Below, piece after piece: positions 1 through 12,217 of a DNA stretch of 64,000 nt. The DNA is taken from NCBI RefSeq assembly GCF_037042905.1, contig NC_087251.1, forward strand, positions 16,368,001-16,432,000, written 5' to 3'. Every line of letters starts with the position of its first letter. The first letter of the stretch is position 1. The position numbers and the translations under genes were made by a program. Source of the stretch: Lytechinus pictus (taxonomy: Eukaryota). The notes beneath the pieces were generated by a model. That model had not been told where the DNA came from. It saw only the letters and a program-made list of their open reading frames with translations, and searched no databases.

Positions 1-2199
1 CATATACAGAACTATATTAATGATTCTAATCAATACAAGCAAAAATTAAAATAATTTTTTTAAGTTCTTACAAACATCACAATTTATAAATACATATTTT
101 ACATAATTGACTCGTAGAGCCGTTAGCTTAAGGTGAGTACTGTAGACAATTAAATTCTATATACGCTTCTAAATAGTTGAGCAATATAAGCATTTGCTAT
201 CTTCACAAAAAAATGCTTATATATATGTAGTAACGGGGGCCACATTTTTTTAAAACAAAGTGTGGGGATGAGGCCCAGCCCGTCGGTTCTGCGACCCCTG
301 AGATAGAAGTAAAGATTTCATAACAGTGAGAAAGCCGAACACGTTTTATTATACGTGCAACGAGGAAGGAGAAAAAACAAGTGTATTTTTCCGTTACTGA
401 CGGACAATATTTCATAAAATCATTAATTATCTAGTAGGATAGAATTATTTCCCATTAATTACTTTGTGATTTTCGCAAGCATTCTATTCAATAATAATGT
501 GAAACTTTAAAAAGATTCGTTGATATTTAATCATTAATTAATCGGAAATGTCCGTCCGTGATATTGATTTTTTAGTGTTTTTGCTCATTAACCTCGAAAA
601 TATTTTGCCACCAAAGCACAAAACTTAAGAATTTCCTTTATGCTCACTCTTAAACTGATCAAACTCACTTAATTTTTTTCCTTTCAAAATTGCATTCCAG
701 CTTATACAATTTTTCTAATTCGTCCTTAAAAGAATTAAGTTCACGAAATTTACATTCTAATTCGTCGTATAAAATATGGTTTGACAAATTCCTTAAATAT
801 ACTACAAGTAGCACTCTGCGACTTAAAAAATATAATTTAACATCGGACTTTTAGTTCTCGACAATGACAAGCTTGATTACACATTTTAATAGGTCGATGG
901 AAATGATGGACAACATGTTAGAATGAAAGGCGAAACACATAACGAATAAATGAAATAAATATTTTACCAAAAAATAATTCAGTGACGATTGTCATAATAT
1001 GTCTCTTTTAAAGGAAATAATTCACCCACTTGCTAATCCTCTTAGTCACATTTTAAACAAATAATTATCACAAGGTTTTTTTCCTCACTAATTCAAAATC
1101 GCCAAAGTCAAACCAATTTTCAAAAAAGACAATCCTCATGAAGTTAGTAATTATCTCCCCATTTTTCTCCTCCCAACTATATAAATAATATTTAAAAAAA
1201 TAGTATATAACAGACTTTATAAATTCATTCACAAACACAATCTGCTAAATTCTAATCAATATGGCTCAGGAAAAAATACTAAACAATCTATGATAGCAAA
1301 CACCATTGCTAACAAAGAACTTGTCTTTAGTAAGGCATTCGGTACACTTAATCACGATATTTTGCTTTCAAAACTTAATTATTGTGTACGAGGTCAATCC
1401 CTCTTATGGTTTCAAGATTATTTAAGAAATACGTCACATTTGATGGCTATGAAATACTTAACAATCTATGATAACAAACACCATCGCTAACAAAGAACGT
1501 GTCTTTAGTAAGGCATTCGGTACACTTATAAATCACGATATTTTACTTTCAAAACTTAATTATTATGGTGTTCGAGGTCAATCCCACTTTTGGTTTCAAG
1601 ATTAAGAAATTGAAATAATACGTCACATTTGATGGTTATGACTCTGATTCACTTTTAGGTCATTGTGGTGTCCATCAAGGCTCCATTTTGGGCCCACTAT
1701 TATTTCTAATATATGTCAATGACATTATTAATATATCATCCATTTTATCTTTTCTGTTATTCGCTGACGACACAAATATTTTTTTCTTCTCACAAAAATC
1801 TCACTTCCTTAAACAACACATTAAATCATGAAATAGATAAAGTATCACAGTGGTTTAAAGCTAAACAAATTATCTTTGAATATCACAAAAAAGACTCTTT
1901 ATATATATCTAAAACATCATTCTCATATTTCTGATACTCAAATTCACTTACAGATTGACGAAACGGCACGTCATTAGAACGGAACACTCACTCTAAACTT
2001 TTAGGGGATATCATAGATCAAGCTTTATCTTTGAGTGAGCATATGCATCATTATATCGTATATTTCGAGAAGTATTGGAATTATTCCAGTTGAAATTTAT
2101 TTTACCTCATATAACTTTATCCCCATTGTATAATCCTTAGTACTCTCGTATATAACCTATTGTAACGTTGTTTGGGCTTTATTTTTACAGGATCACATT

Positions 2200-2472
2200 C
2201 AGGGGCGGATCCAGCTTTATATAAAGGGGGGTTGGGGTGGTATGCGAGGGAGCGTAGCGACCGAGTCCAAGCGAGCGGAGCAAGCGAGGGGGAGGGTGTG
2301 GGAGGGGGGTGTCCCCCTCCCACAGTAGGGAAAATTTTTGAAAATCTGTGTGTGAAAATGGCGTTTTCTTGCATCTAAAAAAGATAAGATTTAAAAAAAT
2401 GGTCACCGGATTTTTTTTTTTTTGGGGGGGGGGGTTTGCAACCCCCCCAACCCCCCTCTAGATCCGCTTCTG
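2200..2472. mobile_element. CAGGGG-ended MITE inserted in the LINE
   Basis: Ends CAGGGGCGGATC...GATCCGCTTCTG, flanked by the 5-bp direct repeat ACATT. Confidence 0.75.
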
Positions 2473-2987
2473 ACATTACTTGGCTCACACCGATCCTTTA
2501 TTTTTCAAACAGAAAACACTAAAAGTTGCAGACTTGCTTACTCTTCAAGTAGCTATCATTATGTTTAGGTGTATTTATAATCTACTCCCTTCGTCACTTG
2601 ATGGAATGTTTAAGTGCAATAATTCTGTCCATACCTACCCAATTCGTACATCTGGGAACTTTCATCTCACAAACCCCAGACTGCTAATTACCTCTAAATC
2701 AATTCGGTGTCATGGTCCAGATATTTGGAATAATCTTGCAGACAATATTAAATCTTGTTCCACTTTGTACTCTTTAAAAGCAACTCTTAAAAGAAATATC
2801 ATTCAATCTTAATCATCCCATACTACAAATTAACGTAAGCACACAAATATCATCATTAGCCACTTAACATTTTTTAAATTATATTCTACTGCTATCTACA
2901 GCACCCGCACCTGCACCTGCATTGCACCCATCTTGATGAGACCGCCATCAATTTCAAGCTTAACCGCTCACGATGGCAGACTCCTGC

Positions 2988-3155
2988 TAGTCTGCTGGGC
3001 AAACCCTTCACTCGAGTTAAGGGTCTGAATGTGCAGCCTACTCATGCCTTGTGTACTGAAGGCGTATTGGAACAGCAAGTTTTGTATGTGGTAGTCTTTG
3101 CGTGGAGCCACACTTATTGATCAAAGTTCCAATCAGGGTCTGTGCCTGCAGACTA
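2988..3155. mobile_element. Small TAG...CTA non-autonomous DNA transposon (Academ-like) with 9-bp TSD
   Basis: Ends TAGTCTGC...GCAGACTA; perfect direct repeat GACTCCTGC at 2979-2987 and 3156-3164. Confidence 0.65.
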
Positions 3156-4514
3156 GACTCCTGCCATGCCTGCGTTCAGTAGTAAATTTTAGTTTTTTAT
3201 TATTGAAAAGTGAAGTACATGCTCAAATCATTTTTGTTCTAATTATGTATTATGATGATATTGTATACAATATCGATTATTTTGTATATTGCAAACAATG
3301 TTAATACTTTTGATAATGTATTATTGTGAACGCAGAAATAAAAATAAAACAAACAAACAAAAACCATTGTTCAAATGATAAAAAGTCATCTCATTTACTC
3401 TAATTTTTCTTTCTTGCACACAACTTTCCTGAATATATATAATTAATAAAAAAAGATCCGGCAAATCCAAAATTGTGGAATGAATAAATAAATGAAATAA
3501 ATGCGCATAAAAATGATGAATGAAATGGTGTAATAAGACTTACCCCAAGACCCTTCAATAACCGTTTTTACCAGGCAATGCTGATTACAGAAAGATCACC
3601 GCAATCTTTATAGCAGTGGTTGATCAGGCGTGACACATTTTATTAAAAGGATTGAATTGAAGATTCACATCTAATAAATATTTCAATTCAAACATGATTT
3701 CATTTGTTACGAAACCCAGGTATTAAAGAAATCACCCTACCCCCCCCCCCCCCTCAATAAAAGGAAAAGAAGAGAGAAGGAAACATCGAGGTCTCCAAGG
3801 GTTTAGTGTATTGGTTGTTTTATTAAGACACAAAACAACTCTGTACATTCCCAAACTATGGTTTTACAGAGGCGGGGTTATGAGACGATAGTTGTCTCCC
3901 TTTCTTCCTCCCAGAGTAATAAAAAAAATCGTTCGAATTCACCCATCCCGTATTTCTAACCAACAATTCAATCTCTCTGTTCTGAATGTCAGTCCATTAT
4001 GATTATCTCAACTCATACGATTTTATGTGATTTACAAAAGTTTGTATAATATTCTGTGCAACCTTAGCAGATGTTTGATACTTTCTGAAACCTGTGCTGT
4101 TTAGAGATTGAATGCCATTTGAAAAATATCACGCTCCTACCTTAAGGCCAAAATTCCACCAATTTAATTTCGGGTTTGTGTTTTGTATGTTTATGGCAAA
4201 TGTGATTTCATCAGGATAATTAATATCAAGAGCAGCGTCACAGGACAGGGGTGACCGCTCCCCCTCCCTGTTTTCTCACGCAATGAAAAGGGTGACAGTC
4301 ATGAGAAAAGGGAAGGGGGAGAAAGAAGGCAAAGGGGATAGCATAGATCTTTGTATCGTGTTACCCTATCATAGTCCAACCTTTTATTCAACTGAAGAAA
4401 AAAATTAAATCAAATTTAATACCCCTATCAAAATACCCTAGCATCGAACCATATTAGGATTTCAAAACGAAGGACCATGGACGACACTCTAACATGCGTG
4501 ATCCCATGAATCTC

Positions 4515-4856
4515 GTCTCGCAATCTGAGAGACGTGGGTTCGAATCCCAGCCATGGCGTGTTTTCCTTCAGCAAGAGATTTACCCACATAGTTCATGGAC
4601 CTATCCACGGAGGATTATTCTATTGTTACTGGAGGTGCTGAGCATTGTCACAACACCCCCAGTAACAATAGATAATAGTTCTGCACTCAACCCAGGTGAG
4701 GTGAATGGGTATACCCGTAGGAAGAAATTCCACGAATGCTTGAGCGCCTATACAAAAATTATGGACACGGCGCAGCTAAAGCCGATATAATAATAGCAGC
4801 GCTTTGTATCCTTAAGCAAAAAGTGCTTTTTAAATCCAGCAGTTATTATTATTACT
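4515..4856 (+). mobile_element. tRNA-derived SINE
   Basis: B-box GGTTCGAATCC near 4537, central TGCACTCAACCCAGGTG...AATGGGTA motif, L2-like tail (GCGCTTTG...AAGTGCTTTT) ending in (TAT)n. A related fragment lies at about 37170-37300. Confidence 0.75.
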
Positions 4857-7660
4857 TTTATCCTTCAGCCAGGATTTCATTTTTCTTTTTCCGGGTTGAC
4901 TTTCAATCGAAGCAGTATACATTTCTTTTTCATCTGTATGAATTTGTATTGTATTTAATATTTATTTATAATGTTTACTTTGTATTTTGTTATATTTCTA
5001 TTTGTACATGTAGACATTCACTCATTTCAGTCTTTGACTGCTTGTGATTGTATTTTGATAGTTTTTATTGCAATAAAATCCAATATATATATAAGTTGTT
5101 TTGGAGGTTCAAAGGGGGGGGGGGGCGAGGGATAAACACCAAATTTTTCGCCTGTAATAATTCCCGCCCTCTTTCCCTTTTCTCTCTCTCTCTCTTCTTT
5201 CTTTCTTTCTTTTTAAATGTACCCCGAGCCAAGGAGTGATGCTCAGTTTATGTAACGCTTCGTCTATAAATAAAGGAGACAATCATTTAGAGGAAAAGGG
5301 TCCAACCATGCAGCCCCTGAACTGGGGATCCAATTAAGAGCACAAATAGCCCTATTTATACACCCCTTCGAAGCGTGAGAGATTAGACAGGGGTTGAGAG
5401 GGGGATTAGACTGGATATTGATTTATCAGCTGATGGTGATTTTCTTCAGGTGTTTATTTTTCTACTTTTTCGAGATTTTTTAATAATGTTCCACATCCCC
5501 GTCCCGTTGAGGAAAAAAACGCCAGGCCTCATCAATGAAAACACATTTTGCTCTGCATCAGGCTATAGTATTGGCAACCCATTACATGGAAATAGTCTTT
5601 AATGACGTCACTGTCACCAGTGTACTAATAAGAAAGGAAGACCACACCGTAATGTATTTAAATACCTAATTTGCGTGACGTATGAGTACTTCTAATTTTA
5701 CATATTTTTCTTCCCATATTATGTTGTCCTGTTAACCATTCTTTTTTCCTCCCTGGCGTTGCATCCTTCTTGCTACGCTGTATACCCTCCCCTGTTTCCT
5801 TTCCGAAATGTCACCTCCTCCCTTTCGAGATGAGATTAGGCCTATTGTTCAATATTTACAATTTACAACATTTATCATAGAAATATCAAATGAATTACCA
5901 TCTCCCCTCTCTATGACATGCATATTTAGGGAATATGATGTGGGACATTAGGCTTCATTGAAGTCCATATAATTATAGGAAGTAATTACTTATAACGACT
6001 TGTTTACTTCAAATACATGTATTTGCAACAAGTCGACATTTTAGATAATGCGATAATCTATTGGTGTGTCAAGTCCACTTGCCTAATGTTTAGAACTATG
6101 CCATGAATAGTGGTACAAAATGATGTCGTAACCCCCAATTATGACTGAAGTCCATCCCTTTATTCATGCGAATGAATGGGAATCTTTGCATTTTATGATT
6201 GTTATGAGATTCACTCATGAACATATTGTTCCGTATATTCCTTCATTACCCCTTTCGACTTTATTCAGAGCTGTCCTTCATTAATTTATTGGAGTTTATA
6301 TGATCAGAGAAGTTCCTCGGTGGTGTAGCAAGGCGTGAATGTTAATGTGTCAATCTAATCTGTTCAACTATTCAAATATTGATTAAATGTATTAATAATG
6401 ATTTTTTCTGTTATAAATACAAATTAACAATATGGCGTGTCAGAGAAAGCGTAGTTTATAAATATTCTTTATCATCGTGTGGCCTATAATCATACAACTA
6501 TTGTAGAACGCTAACAGCAGGATCTAGACAAGCAATTTAATTTACCTTTCCACTGAGAAAAATAAACATCATTTTGTAAAAATAAAAAGAAAGAGACCAT
6601 AAAGCCGGTAGATAATACTTCCTTTGATCATGAGTCATAACTAATATTGGAATAACTTATATTTCTACCATATAGCATTGTCTTTCAGACCTTAACCTCT
6701 GGTTGACTTTTAGTCACGTGTATAGTACGACCATCATCAGATCACCTCGCTAATTTCATACGGACGAATCATTCAGATGCTTGAAATGTTTCCGTGTGTT
6801 TAAAATTGAATATCTATATGTGATACTTTTTATCATGTGAAAGTAAAAATTGCTTTCTCTTGATATACATAACATATGTGTTAAGGTAGCAGGAAAATTT
6901 CAGTCCAAAATGAATCTACCGTTTTCATAACTATGAAAAAAAGCAGCGCACATTAAAACAAAATTACGGCCGTAAAAATGAATGATTGATTAAATTATCA
7001 CACCTCATTCATTCGTCAATTACCATTTTACAAAATGTAAAGCATGCATGTGTAATGAGTTTGGCAACACTTCTAAACAGTCGCATGTGAAATAGCGAGG
7101 GAACGTTTTTTTTTTATCATTATCATATTATTTGTCTTTTTAAAATTAAAGTATATATCTTTTTTTGTTCGATCGTGCTCAGTAAAATAATGTAATTTGA
7201 ACTAAGAATAAATTCAGTGCTTACATGACAAGTTCATTTAAAGAGATGTTGGAAGTAGATAGGATGTAATACAGCTATATAGGTAGAGCAAAGTTTGTAT
7301 GTTTTTCATAATCATCATCTTTGTTCGATAACATATTTTCATAAGGGATTTTTTTTTATTGAAATATGTAACAAAATTACAGCTTTAATGGAATTAAAGC
7401 TCTATTTCCAATAGAGCCTATTCTCTCACAAAATTTGAATGTAATTTTTATAGCTTTCCCCACCTTTACTAAATATGCTATACAGAAATCTTTACATATA
7501 GCGATAGATGTGTAGATCGGACCACAAGCGTTGGAATATAATTGTATAAGAGCTTAAAGGGCGATTGTTTCAATCCATATACTTCACTGAGGTTTCAATT
7601 CGAAATAAACCAATCCAATTTGGCAAAATTCAATCTCTACTCATGGTCTTTGTCAATTAC

Positions 7661-7876
7661 CACACATTTAAAATGTTGGGCAACATACCGTCCACTATAG
7701 TTGGGTAATGTATGTCGGTAAAAAATAATTCTGAGCAATTATTATCCAATTGACCAAATTTATTACCAAATTATTAGTTTAATTACCCAATTTGGGCAGA
7801 TTTTAACCAATAGTTGTGTGGACATGCAGGGTTGGTTAAAAGTTGGGCATTTTTTTGCCCAACTATTTTAAGAGTG
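7661..7876. mobile_element. CAC...GTG-ended MITE
   Basis: Imperfect TIRs CACACATTTAAAATGTTGGGCAA / TTGCCCAACTATTTTAAGAGTG. Its right end is locally duplicated at about 7962-8009 and 8599-8616. Confidence 0.55.
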
Positions 7877-8006
7877 CATGTATTTGTAAAAATCACGGTA
7901 TTTGTACATTTAAATTATTGCATTATTTTTCTTTTATCTCTGGCTGTTTTGAAATTATTTTCATGCAGGGTTGGTTAAAAGTTGGGCATTTTTTGCCCAA
8001 CTATTT

Positions 8007-8570
8007 TAATCGCTGATGTGGTTTACGGTACACCATGTGGAGTGTTATAGAAACAGTGGATAGTAGAAGAAAAGAAATGGATAGGCGAGAAAGTGGGAAT
8101 TTGAGAGTAGAGTAATCTTTCTTGAATGTAGTCCTGAAAAAGACTGTAAACCAGTAGAGATTGATGATTTGAAAACAGCTTGAGTAGTAGGATGGATGAG
8201 GAGATGCTGGCTTGAGTCGACGAGTAGAGATGATGAGAAGAAGCAGTAGAGAGACTCGACGTTTCGGGAAGTCTCTGACAGTCAACCTGCCCGAAACGTC
8301 GAGTCTCTGACAGTCAACCTGCCCGATACGTCGAGTCTCTCTACTGCTTCTACTCATCATCTCTACTCGTCGACTCAAGCCAGCATCTCCTCATCCATCA
8401 TACTACTCAAGCTGTTTTCAAATCATCAGTCTCTTCTGGTTTACAGTCCTTTCCAGGACTACATTCAAGAAAGATTACTCTACTCTCAAATTTTCACTTT
8501 CTCGCCTATCCATTTCTTTTCTTCTTCTATAACACTCCACATGGTGTACCGTAAACCACATCAGCGATTA
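8007..8570. repeat. 564-bp foldback (long inverted repeat) element
   Basis: Arms about 8007-8268 and 8322-8570 are near-perfect reverse complements (TAATCGCTGATGTGGTTTACGG.../...CCGTAAACCACATCAGCGATTA). The centre holds a 32-bp tandem duplication. Confidence 0.9.
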
Positions 8571-9735
8571 TGCCACCATGCAAACCTTCAAACAACATCC
8601 AACTATTTTAAGAGTGCATGTATTTGTAAAATCACGGTATTTGTACAATTAAATCATTGTATTATTTTTCTTTCATCTCTGGCTGTTTTGAAATTATTTT
8701 CTTTGCCCATTCGCAGACCCTTTTATACATGGGACAAATAACTTCTCACAGCATTCATCTTTATGTCAAAATCATTACCTTTTTGCCTAGAGGGCCTTCT
8801 TACTCGTATATTTCAAAATCATTGTGTGTCGCATCAAAATTTCATCCCCTAAAAGTTTATGGAAAAATACGCCATTGATATAACAATAATCCTGTGTTTC
8901 GGGTGAGAATTATTCCCTTTATGTATATAAGGAGGAACAACGGGGTTCAAGAAATGAACTTTTTGCTATCATTTATATTTTTAACAGTTTATCTTATGTT
9001 CACACTGAAAAAGTTCCCGGTTTTCAAACCACAAACGGAAAAGTGATATACTGAAAGGTGATGAGATCATCGATATGTTTATATATCGATGACTATATTG
9101 CCAAGATATAAACACTATAATCTTTACACCAGATGACTGCCAAACACGAAAGATGGTATACTGCATTTTCTTAAAACAAAGTTTGTTGAATTGTGTCGGG
9201 TAAAGTTCACAGAGATATTCGGTTCAAAACATTATTATTCATGCCGGTTCCAGTTGATCCGGCGACAATTGCTCCGATGGAAAATCTGCACTTTAAGCCA
9301 AACATGAAATCAAACCTCCAAAACTAAATATATTCTTATCCTTATCTTTACATTATTCTGAACCAAATACTCTATTACAATCCTTGTAGCCCAAACCATA
9401 TGCCCTCTGAGATATTAAGACCGGTGCAAATGTCGTGTACGTCATGCACCTGCAGCCATATAATGAGGGCTTCCCAAAACCGGACAGAAGACTAGACCAT
9501 TTTATGTGACTTGAGATTGATACTTTCTGTATGCAATTGTAACATATTTGATTATCTCATTGTCAAAACATTAAAAAATGAGTTAGTGAAATTTAATGAA
9601 TCATATTTTTAATTCCATGAAGAAAGATACGAGATCTTGGATGGGAGACACACAAAACTCACCAATATTGTTGACAGAAGTTATTACTCCCAAACAGCCC
9701 TAGCTTCTATTAATAAAATCTGACCCCCCCCCCCC

Positions 9736-9766
<31 letters not shown>

Positions 9767-12217
9767 TCAAAAAAAAAGAAGAAATGATTGAGTTTTCGAG
9801 CTCTCTCCAAAACAGAAATAGGTGGCTGACAGTGTCAGTAACAGAATGGGGTTATAAATGATAGGAAAGTAATTTTGGCAAATATTGAGGACAGTTCATA
9901 CGCCCCCCCCCCCCTGTTAACCAAAATAGTACTTTCGTCTTGTACTTCATTTTGACAAATTGAAAAATATGTGACATTTATCCGCTTTCTTTATTCACAT
10001 TTCATGTTGTTGCATTTAATACTATTTGTGTTATTTGTGGCTTTATGGGGACATTTTAACCTTAAACCTATAAAAGAATCAAATCCGCATCGCCTTTGCA
10101 TTGTTTTCCCCATTTCCGTGGTGTCTCCAAAGAGGAAATTGAGAATGTCTGCCTGGACAAAAGAAAATCTGCACAACGAAAAAAAAAAATCAATTTGATC
10201 ATACAATCATACGAAACTACACTCATTGCCTTTTAGGGACTCAGAATTCACTTTATTGCCCTGATGATAAATCTCACTGACACAAATGAATTGTTCATAA
10301 TTATTTCAACAACAAAAAAAACATAAAAATTCACACACTGAAAAAAATGGAAGGATACAATACATTTTCTCTGGTTCATGTCGATTACTCCCCCCCCCCC
10401 TTTTGTGTGATTTTGTCATTACGTGATCCTATATAAAAAAATTGTATTATAATAAAATTCTGCATTTCCACTTTTTTGTTAAGAATCATAACGAAAGTTA
10501 ATAACTTTCATCGAGGATCTTTTTTCGCTAATAAAGGGAAAGAAAGGTTAATATAGGCTATATTCATTACAAAAATGATCAATGTATGATGATAAAGACC
10601 TATCAGTCCTTTCTAAAGAAAGATGGCGCTAGAGTCACAAAATAATATACATGTACATGCTCATTTCACTGATGTAATATCATGTCTCAATATCAGGTAT
10701 GTATATGATAATCAGCGTATATAGAGCTTGAAGAAATTTGTTGAAAATTAAAACGCAGACGTTCAGTTGTAAGACAGGAGCTCTGAAATATGGTCAAGAT
10801 ATGATTCACTTGACTGGAGATACGTGCCTTTGTATTTCTATAACTGAAATACCCAAAAGGATTCAACCTTCGTCTGATTAAAATGCAACATAAAGTATTA
10901 CAGGTTCTCTAGTCTAGTTAAACACATTTACTTAAAATGAAAAATGTCCCATTTGGGTTTATAACAATTTACTCCAAGTTATTTGGCCTAAACTCAGTCA
11001 ATGTTGCTTCCTTGCTTTAACTATTATCATTTATATATCTGCTAGGATCGAAAGCTTAGGCCCCTTTTGACTTTCTAATTTACTCCATTGGCTCTCTTTT
11101 ATTAGATAAGCAGTTTTTAGCAGCTTCTTTTTGCCATTTATATATCTCGTACAATGAGACCTGAAATAAGTGGAGATCGGAGAGGAACACCTTAACACCC
11201 GCTTTACCTTAGTTCTAGTCATTACTTATTGTCCCCTATTGAATTTCTCATATAGAGAAATAACCAAAGAAAATTATGCTACATTCTAAAGATCCAAAAC
11301 AACAAGATTTTCTAGGCTATCCAACGTCACGGTGGGGATAAACGTATGTAGTGTTTGCACTAATGAGTCAACAAATTCAGACTATAAAAATGGACGCACA
11401 TATTTAATATAAGAATAAAAAATAAAATTGGTTTACTGCCATTTGATCTTCCAATTATAAAAAAGCAATTTATGCAATAACAATCGAACTGTTGAACAAG
11501 TATTTAATGAGTTGTAAATTACGCTCTTACATAACATTATTTGTTATTATCGCTTTTTGAGGCCTTTTTTTATCGAGCATTGCACACTGGCGGTGAATGA
11601 TTTGCCAGTATTGGGATGCATATGTAAAAGAAAAATAAATAGATAATGAAAAAAAAACTGTGTGGATCTTCGTTAAAAATCTCAGTGGCGGATTATATAG
11701 GACTTTGTGGTTGACGCGCAGATGTTTGCTACAAAGATGAAATAAAGGCAGTGCACATAATGGTGGGATTCCCTCCCCTCCAGTTAAAGCGTGTAAAATT
11801 GTATGATCATCCCTGTATTTTCATGCTACTCTGAAAAAAAAAAATATAATGTACAGACTATTGGAGAGTCAAAGATTTACTAATTCTAATATCTGAAATC
11901 GTTTTACGTAACAAAATTTATATCAAATTATATCCTGGCACTTTTTTTTTCTTTTTTTTGCCAAACTTTCAAAGCCGAGGAAAATAAAAGTAAAAAGTTA
12001 CGTGGCTTTGTTGCAGACTATACAGCAGAGATCACGAGACTCACGACTGAAGCTGAAGTAGTGAAAGAGGTATTGTGGAGTCAGAAAGTAAAATTCGATG
12101 TCTAATTTTAAGTTATGAAATGAAATAATATTGACACATAAGTGAATACTTAATGTTAATCGAGCAGTGCTTCGAAAATTTGTGAGAATCGACGAATAAA
12201 GCTTGGCAGACGTGAAG

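Larger units (their letters stand above)
990..3362 (+). mobile_element. Decayed L2/CR1-group (Crack/Daphne-like) LINE: RT region plus 3' tail
   Basis: Frameshifted RT motifs: KIAKVKPIFKK, SNYLPI, KAFGTLNHDILLSKL, QGSILGPLLFLIYVND, FADDTN. C-terminal ORF 2480-2812 (AHTDPLF...GPDIWNNL). AATAAA/(AAAC)n tail near 3335-3362. Internal tandem duplication about 1278-1640 and two nested MITEs. Confidence 0.85.
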
